48,636 nt of DNA. It comes from Acidimicrobiales bacterium. Lineage in GTDB: Bacteria > Actinomycetota > Acidimicrobiia > Acidimicrobiales > GCA-2861595. The notes under the pieces were generated by a model. That model was not told where the DNA came from and did no database searches. It saw only the letters and a program-made list of their open reading frames with translations. The position numbers and the translations under genes were made by a program. This document shows, piece after piece, positions 27,165 through 35,410 of this stretch; the stretch's first letter is position 1, and every line of letters starts with the position of its first letter. Location of the stretch: the NCBI GenBank assembly GCA_035689115.1, contig DASSMA010000083.1, positions 1 through 48,636 on the forward strand, in the 5' to 3' direction.

Positions 27165-27908
27165 TCAATCGTCACGCAGCGAGCAGGCGATGCGAACTGC
27201 CAGTCGGGTCGACGAACTCGGGGGATCGTGTTGGACGCCTGGACAGAGCAGGGCCTCCTCACCGCATCCCTGCCACGGGACGAGGGACGCCGCTCCACCC
27301 CGCCGCGACCTGCCGACTCCGGGCACACTCGGCGCACACGCCTCTCCCACCTGCAAGAGCCCGACGCCTCTGGCGTCGAGCATTCCGGGGACGTCCTCGG
27401 CGACGCGAACGCTCGAGGCCAGCACATCGCCGACAAGCGACTCGGGTTCCAACGATTCCACGTGAAGGGCGTCCCAGGTCGGACGGTACAGGTACTCCCA
27501 CTCGACCTCGGTGACGCAACGAACGTTCAGGCGTTCGCACAGCAGGCGAGTCTCATCCTCGTCCAGCATGGCGGGGGCGAGCCAGGAGTCAGGCTCGGCA
27601 ACGCGTGCTCGCAACTGGTCAATGTCGAAGAGGCCGAGCGGGTCGAGAGCCTGGTACGAGACGGGGAAGCACGAGACGATGAAATCCGAGACGACGACGG
27701 ACGCGCTTGGAGGAAGGTTGTGCTCCTCGAGACCGACCAGATCGACGTACGGATCCAGGAATGCTCGTTCCTCGGCGGTCACCCCGACCATGGCCTTGCC
27801 GCCGTGGACGGCGACGAAGATCGCGTCCACATGCGTGGAGCGGAGGTAGTCGTGCTCGCCTGCACGGCCAGCGTCCTGGACGAGGGAACGCAGAAATGAG
27901 GTCGTCAG
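27165..27908 (-). CDS. Hypothetical protein; probably the C-terminal continuation of 27905..28954 after a -1 frameshift near 27918-27920
   Basis: No canonical start follows the upstream stop. Restoring one G in 'ctgggtcc' joins the frames to read '...DPDELGSGPLTTSFLRSLVQDAG...'. The region is lower in GC. Confidence 0.4.
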   Translation of the reverse strand: MTTSFLRSLVQDAGRAGEHDYLRSTHVDAIFVAVHGGKAMVGVTAEERAFLDPYVDLVGLEEHNLPPSASVVVSDFIVSCFPVSYQALDPLGLFDIDQLRARVAEPDSWLAPAMLDEDETRLLCERLNVRCVTEVEWEYLYRPTWDALHVESLEPESLVGDVLASSVRVAEDVPGMLDARGVGLLQVGEACAPSVPGVGRSRRGGAASLVPWQGCGEEALLCPGVQHDPPSSSTRLAVRIACSLRDD

Positions 27909-28954
27909 AGGTCCGGACCCAGCTCGTCGGGGTCTGTGACGCCTTCCAACCAGGCCGTGAAGGCTCGGGCTGAAGGCGGCAGTCCGTAGGACCGTAGTGC
28001 GGACACCTCCTGCGGGGGCGGCCGCCATGACGCCAGTGGCGGGACGAGCGCCTGCAGACTGGCCACCGCGTCCGGACCCAGCGCGGTCGACCGCAGCCGG
28101 CGCGGTTCGCCGAACACGAGGCGCAGGTAGGTCCGCAACGGGCCGGTGCCGAGCAGTTCACCCCGGGACACCGCACCGAGCAGCTTGGCGGCCGTGTACC
28201 GGCGCAGGTGCGCCGGTACCCGGCTGAGCGCCCCCTTGCAGACGGCGCTGGGCTCCTCGCCGATGAGGAAGTCGCAGCGGGTCAGCTCGTCGCCCCCCTC
28301 GACCGACTCGAACGCCCGACACAGCTCGTCGACGCACGCCGGCGAGGCGTCGTCGGGCCTGAAGCGCAGCGCTGCCATTGATTGCCCGAATCGACGCAGC
28401 GGGCCCCCACCGGACGGTCCTCTCGGGGCGCTGAGGTCCGAAGGGAGTGTGCCCAAGATGACGGCGGCCAGCCAGGCGGTGCACTGCTCGACTTCATCCG
28501 TGTTCTCCGTGCCGGCGCCGATCTGCTCCAGGACGGCATGCTCGGCGCATCCCGTCCAGGCAAGCACGACGAGTGCGGCACGCGAAACGTTCCGGTCGCC
28601 ATCTGCCAGCAGCGGTATGAGCCGAGAGTGTTCGGCAACAACGGCGTCCCATGAGGCAACCTCCTCGGGAAGAACCTGGTGTGCACGCTGCACCCGCCAG
28701 TCCAACTGATCGCCCATTGTCCCGATGGCGGCGCACCGGATCAGATGCAAGATGTCGAAACGGTACGGGGCCCGGCTGTCGAGAACAGCGTCGACGAGGA
28801 GGGGAACGGTGGGCGGCGTGGCGGTACAACGATCACCTTGAGGGGTGATGGCCCAGTACAAGCCGTCGAGGCTCGCATCCACGAGCGCGGGATCCCTCAG
28901 GCCGTCGAGCAGCTCCGGGATTTCGCTCCCCCCGATGTCCTCCCAGCGCGTCAC
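27905..28954 (-). CDS. Hypothetical protein; probably the N-terminal part of one ~595-aa gene continued in 27165..27908
   Basis: GTG start. The sequence is protein-like and helical-repeat-like ('IPELLDGLRDPALVDASLDGLYWAITPQG...'). Confidence 0.5.
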   Translation of the reverse strand: MTRWEDIGGSEIPELLDGLRDPALVDASLDGLYWAITPQGDRCTATPPTVPLLVDAVLDSRAPYRFDILHLIRCAAIGTMGDQLDWRVQRAHQVLPEEVASWDAVVAEHSRLIPLLADGDRNVSRAALVVLAWTGCAEHAVLEQIGAGTENTDEVEQCTAWLAAVILGTLPSDLSAPRGPSGGGPLRRFGQSMAALRFRPDDASPACVDELCRAFESVEGGDELTRCDFLIGEEPSAVCKGALSRVPAHLRRYTAAKLLGAVSRGELLGTGPLRTYLRLVFGEPRRLRSTALGPDAVASLQALVPPLASWRPPPQEVSALRSYGLPPSARAFTAWLEGVTDPDELGPDL

Positions 28955-29190
28955 GGCACCATCGTGCCCGTCCCGGAGCGCCGTTTGTCAACGCTGGGCC
29001 GGGCCGGGTGACCGGCTGGCTCGGGAGTGGAACCTCCCGGAGGCTGGTGTCCAAAACCCTCGTTCGGGGCGGAGGGCAGGGGCAGGGTCGGCCCCTCGGC
29101 GCGGAGCGCCGATGTCGAACGGCGCCAGCCTCCTGGGCGATGCGACCTTCGGCCCTGGGCGCCCCGACGGCGCCGCTCGACACTGGGCCC

Positions 29191-29829
29191 ATGACGACCA
29201 CCCATGCTCCCGAGCTCACCGCCCTCTACACCGCCCGCCGGAACGTCGTGACCCTCGTCGAGGTCCCGGAGCTGCTGTTCTGTAGCGTCGACGGCCGGGG
29301 CGCACCGGGCGATCGCGCCTTCGCCGAGGCGATCAAGGGCGTCTACACGGTGGGCTACGGCGTGCGGTTCCTGCGGCGCGACGCCGGCCACGACGACAAG
29401 GTGTCGCCGCTGGAGGCACTCTGGACGTCGCCCGACCCGGCCGGCGACTACGCCGCCGCCGCCGCCGCCGGCGGCTTCACCGCCACCGACATGAGCAGGT
29501 GGTCGTGGCGCGTGCTCCTGCGCCTGCCCGACGAAGCCGAGGGACTGGTCGACCGGGTCAAGGCCGAGGCCGTGCGCCGCCACCCGGAGGTCGAGCCCGT
29601 CGTGGCCGCCGTGGGAGTGCAGCGGTGGCGGGAGGGCCTGGCCGTGCAGACGCTGCACGTCGGCCCCTACGGCGAGGAGCTGCCGACGGTGGCGCTCCTG
29701 CACGACTTCGCCGCCGCCCACGGCTACGTGGCCACCGGGCGTCACCACGAGATCTACCTCGGGGACCCCCGGAGGGCCGCGCCGGAGCGGCTACGCACCA
29801 TCCTGCGCCAGCCGGTCCGCCCCGCCTGA
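29191..29829 (+). CDS. GyrI-like small-molecule-binding domain protein
   Basis: 'MTTTHAPELTALYTARRNVVTLVEVPELLFCSVDGRGAPGDRAFAEAIKGVYTVGY...VQTLHVGPYGEE' is typical GyrI-like. Confidence 0.7.
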   Translation: MTTTHAPELTALYTARRNVVTLVEVPELLFCSVDGRGAPGDRAFAEAIKGVYTVGYGVRFLRRDAGHDDKVSPLEALWTSPDPAGDYAAAAAAGGFTATDMSRWSWRVLLRLPDEAEGLVDRVKAEAVRRHPEVEPVVAAVGVQRWREGLAVQTLHVGPYGEELPTVALLHDFAAAHGYVATGRHHEIYLGDPRRAAPERLRTILRQPVRPA

Positions 29830-30303
29830 TCTGGCCGCCTCGACCCGCGCCAGCGCCTCCTCCGGCGAGGTGACGCCGATCAGCTCCAGGCACTCGGGGT
29901 CCGAGAACGGGCGCTCGCCCAGCTCGGCCCACACCGTCTTGCCCTCGGCCTCGCTCCGCGTGCCCCACGACGTGGCGAGGGCGGCCACGAGGGCCAGCCC
30001 CCTGCCGCTCGTGGCGCCCTCCGGCGGCGGCGCCAGCATCGGGAGCCGGGGGTTCTCGTCGTAGAGCTCGATCCGCACGAACCCGAGGCCGTCGGATCGA
30101 AGGACGAGGCGCATCGTGGTACGGGCGTGCAGCACCGCGTTCGTCACCAGCTCGCTGGTGAGCAGGACGGTGTCGTCGCGGAGAGCCTCCAGCTCCCACT
30201 CGGCGAGGGTGTTGGCCGCGAAGCGGCGCGCTGCGCCGACGAGCGCGGGTGCACTTTCGATGTCGAGGCACGCCTCCAGCACGGCACTCCTCCGGTAGAC
30301 CAT
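29791..30303 (-). CDS. HATPase_c_2-type ATP-binding protein (anti-sigma-factor / RsbW-like Ser kinase fold)
   Basis: 'LLTSELVTNAVLHA...VRIELYDENPRLP...GRGLALVAALATSWG' matches the fold. The ATG at 30303 is chosen; the upstream part of ORF 30753 looks like noise. Confidence 0.65.
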   Translation of the reverse strand: MVYRRSAVLEACLDIESAPALVGAARRFAANTLAEWELEALRDDTVLLTSELVTNAVLHARTTMRLVLRSDGLGFVRIELYDENPRLPMLAPPPEGATSGRGLALVAALATSWGTRSEAEGKTVWAELGERPFSDPECLELIGVTSPEEALARVEAARSGGADRLAQDGA

Positions 30304-30418
30304 CCAGTTCCCTGATGCGCGCCGACTCAACCCTCCCGTTGTGGCAACATGCCGGTCGAACCGGTGCGAACCGGAAGATCCCACCGCCGGAGGCGCCGAT
30401 GCGAGCCGCGCGTCGTTC

Positions 30419-30865
30419 GTGAGTGCTCCCCAGTTGCGTACGGAGACCGTCATCGACGCGCCGCCCCAGGCGGTGTGGGACGTGCTCGCCGACTTCGCGG
30501 CGTGGGACGGGTGGAACCCCACGCTGCAGCGGGCGTCGGGCCCGCCGGTCGTGGGGACCGACGTGCGCATGCGGCTACGCCTCGGCCGGGTGCACGTGCC
30601 CATGCGCCAGCGGATCCTGGTGGCCGACGGGCCCCGCGAGCTGGCGTGGAACAGCCGCCAGCCCGTGCCGGCCGCCCTCGACGTGATCCGCCGCTTCCTG
30701 CTCGAGCCGGCCGACGGCGGGCGGACGCGGCTGGTGCAGCTGGAGGACACCACCGGCTTCCTCGGGTGGCTCGAGGTCCGCCTCCTCGGCCGGCTGATCG
30801 TGCGGGGTTACGACGCCCTGGCCCGGGCCCTGGCCGCCCGCCTCGGCGTCGAGGTCGTCAGCTGA
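30419..30865 (+). CDS. SRPBCC (START / polyketide-cyclase-like) protein
   Basis: 'TETVIDAPPQAVWDVLADFAAWDGWNPTL' matches the family. The GTG at 30419 is chosen; a GTG at 30341 is an alternative. The stop overlaps the next ATG as TGATG. Confidence 0.65.
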   Translation: MSAPQLRTETVIDAPPQAVWDVLADFAAWDGWNPTLQRASGPPVVGTDVRMRLRLGRVHVPMRQRILVADGPRELAWNSRQPVPAALDVIRRFLLEPADGGRTRLVQLEDTTGFLGWLEVRLLGRLIVRGYDALARALAARLGVEVVS

Positions 30866-32262
30866 TGCCGCGGGGCCCGTCGCGCTGGGAGAAGCACATC
30901 AACTCCCACGAGCGCTTCGTGCACGACAGCATCGACAGCCTCGGCTACGACTGGTCGCGCGTGGCCGACCCGGCGGTGGCCGCCCACTACCCCCGGAAGG
31001 TGTACCTGCCCCGCACCGCCGACGACGTGGTGAAGATCGTCAAGGAGGCCCGGGCCCTCGGCGAGCACCTCACCGTGCGGGCCCACGGCCACTCCAGCAA
31101 CGACCTGGTGGTCGTCGACGGCGGCACGGTGCTGCTCACCGAGAAGATGAACCGCGTCCTCGACGTCGACGAGGCGGCGCTCACCGCCACGATCCAGCCC
31201 GGGTGCCAGTCCGCCGACGTCGACGACCTGCTGGCCGAGCGGGGCCTCGGCCTCCTGGTCATCGGCGACCACGCCCACGTCACCGCGGGCGGCTTCGCCT
31301 CGGTGGGCGGCATCAGCGCCTCGTCGTTCCGCCACGGCCTGTTCGTCGACACCATCGAGCGCCTGGAGTACGTCACCTGGGACGGGGAGGTGGTGGCCTG
31401 CAGCCGGTCCGAGCACCCCGAGCGGTTCAACCAGGTGCTCCTCGGCCTCGGCCGCTTCGGCGTGATCACCGCCATCACCCTGCGGATCGAGCGGGTCGAC
31501 AAGTACGGCCGGCTGTGGCGGAACCACCAGGTCCACTACCGCTCGCTCGACGCCTTCCTCGCCGACGCCGTCGCTCTCATCCGCACGCCGCCCCCCGAGG
31601 CGCTGTTCATGCGGGGCATGTTCGTCGACGCCGGCAAGATCGGCGTGGGCCAGTTCTCCGTCTACGCCGACACCGAGCCGGCGCCGATGGCCCGGATGGA
31701 GGACAAGGTCGCCAACGGCTTCCTCCACGGGATCGGCTTCGTCGCCGGCAAGCTGCCGTCGGCGATCGACAAGGCGCTCAAGTACGTGGGCCTGGCCGGC
31801 ATCCTCTACAGCCCGCGTTTCACCTCCCAGAAGAACGCGGAATCGTTCTCCGACAAGATCATCGACTCCACGGTGGGGGAGCCCACCCGCTACCTGGTCG
31901 CCATCGCCCGCCAGCGCAACCTCGACGAGGTGTGCCGGCGCCTGCTGGACCTGCTCCGGCGCTACCGGGCCGAGCACGGGTGCTTCACCGTGCTCACCCT
32001 GTACCTGAAGGGCATCGCCTCGCCCTACCTGGCGGCCGGCCACGACGGCGACGACCGGTGGGCCGAGGTCCTCTTCTACGTTGCCATCAAGCCCGAGCGC
32101 TTCCCGTCCGAGCTGCTGGACCGGCTGGTGGAGGAGTTCGACGACGCCTGCCTCCAGCTGGGCGCCTACCGCTACATGCACTCCCGCACCACCCGCGACC
32201 CCGACCGGCGCCGCCGCCTCGACCCCAACTCCGCGTACGAGAGAAAGGCCTCGCCAGGGTGA
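30865..32262 (+). CDS. FAD-binding PCMH-type oxidoreductase (FAD_binding_4; GLO/ALO-like)
   Basis: 'VRAHGHSSNDLVVVDGGTVLLTEKMNRVLDVDEAALTATIQPG' matches the family. The stop overlaps the downstream GTG as GTGA. Confidence 0.8.
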   Translation: MPRGPSRWEKHINSHERFVHDSIDSLGYDWSRVADPAVAAHYPRKVYLPRTADDVVKIVKEARALGEHLTVRAHGHSSNDLVVVDGGTVLLTEKMNRVLDVDEAALTATIQPGCQSADVDDLLAERGLGLLVIGDHAHVTAGGFASVGGISASSFRHGLFVDTIERLEYVTWDGEVVACSRSEHPERFNQVLLGLGRFGVITAITLRIERVDKYGRLWRNHQVHYRSLDAFLADAVALIRTPPPEALFMRGMFVDAGKIGVGQFSVYADTEPAPMARMEDKVANGFLHGIGFVAGKLPSAIDKALKYVGLAGILYSPRFTSQKNAESFSDKIIDSTVGEPTRYLVAIARQRNLDEVCRRLLDLLRRYRAEHGCFTVLTLYLKGIASPYLAAGHDGDDRWAEVLFYVAIKPERFPSELLDRLVEEFDDACLQLGAYRYMHSRTTRDPDRRRRLDPNSAYERKASPG

Positions 32263-32711
32263 CGGGTGCCACGCGACCGGTGGCGGAGCGGGTCGGGTGG
32301 CCGGCGATGGGCCTGGCCCGCGCCGGCCCCCTCACCGACACCGAGGTGTGGCTGTACGTCATCGGTCTCGTCGTCGGGTTCATCCACCTGTGCGACGTGG
32401 TGAGTGCCAGCGCCGAGTCGGCGATCCAGTTCGTCCCCGCCCTGCTGCTGTGGCTGGCCATGGTGTTCATCCGCATCGTCGACCCCCGGCTGGGCCAGCG
32501 GTGGACGCCGGAGATGCTGATCGCCGTCTCCATCGCCTGGATCCAGGGCGGGGTCATGCGGCACCTCTGGCCGATGCTCACCAAGGGCGTGTCGCCGGCG
32601 GCGATGACGGGCACGTTCTCCACCATCGTCGGCGTGATGTACGTCGTGCTGGCCCTGCTGGCCATACACCGGCGGGGCGGATGGCTCGTCCCCCGCCACT
32701 TCCATTACTGA
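32259..32711 (+). CDS. Small integral membrane protein with four predicted transmembrane helices
   Basis: The GTG at 32259 is coupled to the upstream gene; an ATG at 32307 is the alternative start. Hydrophobic segments include 'VWLYVIGLVVGFIHL', 'FVPALLLWLAMVFIRIV', 'MLIAVSIAWIQGGV' and 'IVGVMYVVLALLAI'. Confidence 0.55.
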   Translation: MTGATRPVAERVGWPAMGLARAGPLTDTEVWLYVIGLVVGFIHLCDVVSASAESAIQFVPALLLWLAMVFIRIVDPRLGQRWTPEMLIAVSIAWIQGGVMRHLWPMLTKGVSPAAMTGTFSTIVGVMYVVLALLAIHRRGGWLVPRHFHY

Positions 32712-33460
32712 CGCAGCGACTCCACGAAGCCGCCCACGCGGGAGAACACCGTGTCGCGCTCCACGTCGAGGGTGATCACGTGCCAGGAGCGCTCCAGCCA
32801 CACCAGCTCTTTCCGGGGTGAGCCGAGCTTCTCGTGCAGCAGGCGGGGGTTGGCGGCCGGCGCCTCGTGGTCGTGGCGGCCGTGCATGATGAGCGCCGGC
32901 GCCCGCACCTCGGCCATCTTCGGGGGGAGGGCGGTGAGCCAGCGGGCCATGCGGTAGGTGACGCCGGTGGGCAGCCGGTCGTAGCCGATCTCGCGGCGCA
33001 GCGACGGCTCGGAGATGTCGTTGCCGACGCCCTTCACCGTGGGGACGAACCAGCGGATGAGGTTGAGCGCCAACCGCTTCATCCACTCGACCTCCACCAC
33101 GCTGGCCAGCAGCACCAGGCCCGCCACGTCGTCGCCCAGGTCGGCGGCCAGGTCGACGGCCAGCGCCGAACCGAACGACACGCCCATCACGAACACCGGG
33201 TGGCACCGCCCGGCCAGCTCGTCGTGGGCGGCCCGCACCGTGGCAACCCACTCCTCGGGCCGGCGGTGGGCGAAGTCGTACACGTCGGTGCCGTGGCCGG
33301 GCAGCAGGGGGGCGGACACGCGGACCCCCTGCGCCGCCAGGTGCTCGCCCAACCCGCGCATGGTCTGCGGGCTGCTGGAGAAGCCGTGGATCAGCAGGGC
33401 ACCGGCCGGCCCGTCGCCGAGCTCGAAACCCTCGGCGCCGGGCAGCAGGCTGGTGGCCAC
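32705..33460 (-). CDS. Alpha/beta hydrolase (esterase / lysophospholipase-like)
   Basis: The nucleophile elbow is 'VFVMGVSFGSALAV', and 'IMHGRHDHEAP' is also present. Start is GTG. Confidence 0.8.
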   Translation of the reverse strand: MATSLLPGAEGFELGDGPAGALLIHGFSSSPQTMRGLGEHLAAQGVRVSAPLLPGHGTDVYDFAHRRPEEWVATVRAAHDELAGRCHPVFVMGVSFGSALAVDLAADLGDDVAGLVLLASVVEVEWMKRLALNLIRWFVPTVKGVGNDISEPSLRREIGYDRLPTGVTYRMARWLTALPPKMAEVRAPALIMHGRHDHEAPAANPRLLHEKLGSPRKELVWLERSWHVITLDVERDTVFSRVGGFVESLRQ

Positions 33461-33570
33461 CGGCCGACGCTACCGCCCGCCGCCATGTCACGTTCCGTCC
33501 AGGTTGTCGCGACCCCCGCCAGGGTACTGCTAGACAAGAGGTTCCTTTTTCGCAGACGAGGAGGGCCGCC

Positions 33571-33927
33571 ATGGCCGAGGGCCACGAGCAGCATGGTCAG
33601 TGGGAGACGCACGAGCACGAGGCGGTGGTGCACACCCATCGGCACTATCACGTCACCCACAACCACAACCGGATCGCCGGCGGCTTCGACCACCTCAGCT
33701 CCGAGCACGAGCACGAGCACGACCACGCGGCCACGTCCCACGCGCACTACCCGCACGAGGACTTCGACCACGAGCACCAGGGCGAGGCGCACGACCACGA
33801 CCACGCCGCTCCCGTCAAGAAGGCGGCGGCCAAGAAGGCGCCGGCCAAGAAGGCGGCAGCCCGGAAGGCCTCCGGTACGTCGGGCAACGGCTCGAGCGAC
33901 GACGCCGAGGTCGCCGACCGGGTCTGA
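33571..33927 (+). CDS. Histidine-rich small protein with a Lys/Ala-rich (PAKKA-like) C-terminal tail
   Basis: GAGGAGGG lies 6 nt upstream of the ATG. About one residue in four is His ('HEHEAVVHTHRHYHVTHNHN...HEHEHDH...HAHYPHEDFDHEHQGEAHDHDH'), followed by 'PVKKAAAKKAPAKKAAARKA'. Confidence 0.75.
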   Translation: MAEGHEQHGQWETHEHEAVVHTHRHYHVTHNHNRIAGGFDHLSSEHEHEHDHAATSHAHYPHEDFDHEHQGEAHDHDHAAPVKKAAAKKAPAKKAAARKASGTSGNGSSDDAEVADRV

Positions 33928-33969
33928 CGCCGCCTGGCGTAGGGAGACGCCGACGACCACCATTGGGCG

Positions 33970-34791
33970 GTGGCCCGGATCATCCGCGTCGACGACCCGG
34001 CCGACCAGCGGGTCGGGGACTACGTCGGCCTGAGCGATCCCGACCTGCGGCGGCGGCGGGAAGGCTCGGCCGGCGCCGACGGGGCCTTCTTCATCGCCGA
34101 GGGCACCGCCGTGATCCGCCGGCTCCTGGGCTCTCCCTACCGCGTCCGCTCGCTGCTCCTCACGCCCCGGCGCCTGGCCCTGCTCGAACCCGACCTGGCC
34201 GGCGTCGAGGCGCCGGTCTACGTGGGCAGCCAGGAGGTCGTGAACGCCGTCTCGGGGTTCCATCTGCACCGCGGGGCGCTGGCGTCGGCCCACCGCGACC
34301 CGCTCCCCGACCCACTGGCGCTGGCCGCCGCCGCCGACCTGGTGGTGGTGGGCGAGGGCCTCAACGACCACGAGAACCTGGGCGCCCTGTTCCGCAACGC
34401 CGCCGCCTTCGGCGCCGGCGCCCTGCTCCTCGACCCCACCTCCGCCGACCCGCTCTACCGCCGCTCCGTGCGCGTGTCGGTGGGCCAGGTGCTGCGCGTG
34501 CCCTTCGCCCGGGCCGCCCCCTGGCCGGGCGTCCTCCACGGGCTGCGCGACCTCGGCTTCGAGCTGCTCGCCCTCACGCCGGCCGAGGACGCCGTCGACC
34601 TGCGGGCCGTGGCCCCGCGCCCCCGCCAGGCGGTGCTGGTGGGGGCGGAGTGGTCGGGACTGTCGCCGGCCGCCCAGGCCGCCGCCCACCGCCGCGTCCG
34701 CATCCCGATGGCCGCCGGCGTGGACTCGCTCAACGTGGCCACCGCCGCCGCCGTCGCCCTCCACCACCTGGCCCGCGTCCCGAGTACATAG
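33970..34791 (+). CDS. TrmH/SpoU-family RNA 2'-O-methyltransferase
   Basis: 'ARIIRVDDPADQRVGDYVGLSDPDLRRR' is the group-3 TrmH N-terminus; the C-terminal SpoU fold is present ('VLVGAEWSGLS...IPMAAGVDSLNVATAAAVALHHL'). GTG is the first start after an in-frame TAG. Confidence 0.8.
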   Translation: MARIIRVDDPADQRVGDYVGLSDPDLRRRREGSAGADGAFFIAEGTAVIRRLLGSPYRVRSLLLTPRRLALLEPDLAGVEAPVYVGSQEVVNAVSGFHLHRGALASAHRDPLPDPLALAAAADLVVVGEGLNDHENLGALFRNAAAFGAGALLLDPTSADPLYRRSVRVSVGQVLRVPFARAAPWPGVLHGLRDLGFELLALTPAEDAVDLRAVAPRPRQAVLVGAEWSGLSPAAQAAAHRRVRIPMAAGVDSLNVATAAAVALHHLARVPST

Positions 34792-34818
34792 GGTGCGGTT
34801 TCCGCACCCTATGTACTC
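34782..34818. terminator. Perfect 17-bp inverted repeat with a 3-nt loop between convergent genes (candidate bidirectional terminator)
   Basis: GAGTACATAGGGTGCGG-TTT-CCGCACCCTATGTACTC overlaps the TAG of the TrmH gene and lies 12 nt from the stop of the convergent gene. Confidence 0.55.
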
Positions 34819-34829
34819 CAGACTGGGGG

Positions 34830-35297
34830 TCAGCCGGCCTTGCCGGGGCGGCCGGGGGCGAGCAGCTCCCGCCGGCGGGCCTCCTTCACCCAGCGCTGGG
34901 CGGTGGTGACGGGCACGTCGTTGGCCTCGGCGAGGGCGACCACCGGGCGGGACGACGTGGCCGCCAGGTGGCGGTAGGTGGTGGCCACCGCCTCGTAGAA
35001 GGCGTCGGGATAGCCCTGCACCGCGTTCGACCGCAGCGAGGCGCGGATGCGGGCCCTCGGCTGGCGGGAGGGCACCCCGGGCGACCGGTGGTGGAGCTGG
35101 GCGTTGGCGGCCGCCTCGATGCGCCCGACGGGGATGCCCCGCAGCACCTCGGCCGACACCGTGCCCTCGACGTGGAGGGCGGTGACGTGGAGCCGGCCGT
35201 CGTCGGTCTCGCCGACCCGGACCCGCACCGACGCCGGCAGCCCGGCGGCGTCGGCCCACGCGTACCAGCCGTCGTCGAGGGGCACCAGTCGTGACAT
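34830..35297 (-). CDS. Hypothetical protein with a C-terminal HTH-like segment
   Basis: 'PVVALAEANDVPVTTAQRWVKEARRRELL' is HTH-like. Real start and stop codons are present and the composition is protein-like. Confidence 0.55.
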   Translation of the reverse strand: MSRLVPLDDGWYAWADAAGLPASVRVRVGETDDGRLHVTALHVEGTVSAEVLRGIPVGRIEAAANAQLHHRSPGVPSRQPRARIRASLRSNAVQGYPDAFYEAVATTYRHLAATSSRPVVALAEANDVPVTTAQRWVKEARRRELLAPGRPGKAG

Positions 35298-35343
35298 GTC
35301 CTGAGCATAGCGTGCCGCGGGCGATTGAAATCTAGTTGCGCCG

Positions 35344-35359
35344 ATCCAGACGTCTGGAT
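35344..35359. promoter_or_regulatory. 16-bp perfect palindrome ATCCAGACGTCTGGAT in a divergent promoter region (candidate operator)
   Basis: It lies in a locally AT-richer intergenic region between 34830..35297 (-) and 35411..37501 (+), 52 nt upstream of the SPFH ATG. Confidence 0.5.
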
Positions 35360-35410
35360 ACGCTTATCCCGATAGATAGCCGGACAGGGGTTCCGGCAGA
35401 AAGAGAAGAG

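Noticed and set aside
30341-30418. Upstream GTG (30341) as the start of the SRPBCC gene.
   Set aside because: It would leave only 37 nt to the divergent ATPase gene and adds a low-complexity N-terminus. GTG 30419 gives the canonical SRPBCC N-terminus, but this is not certain.
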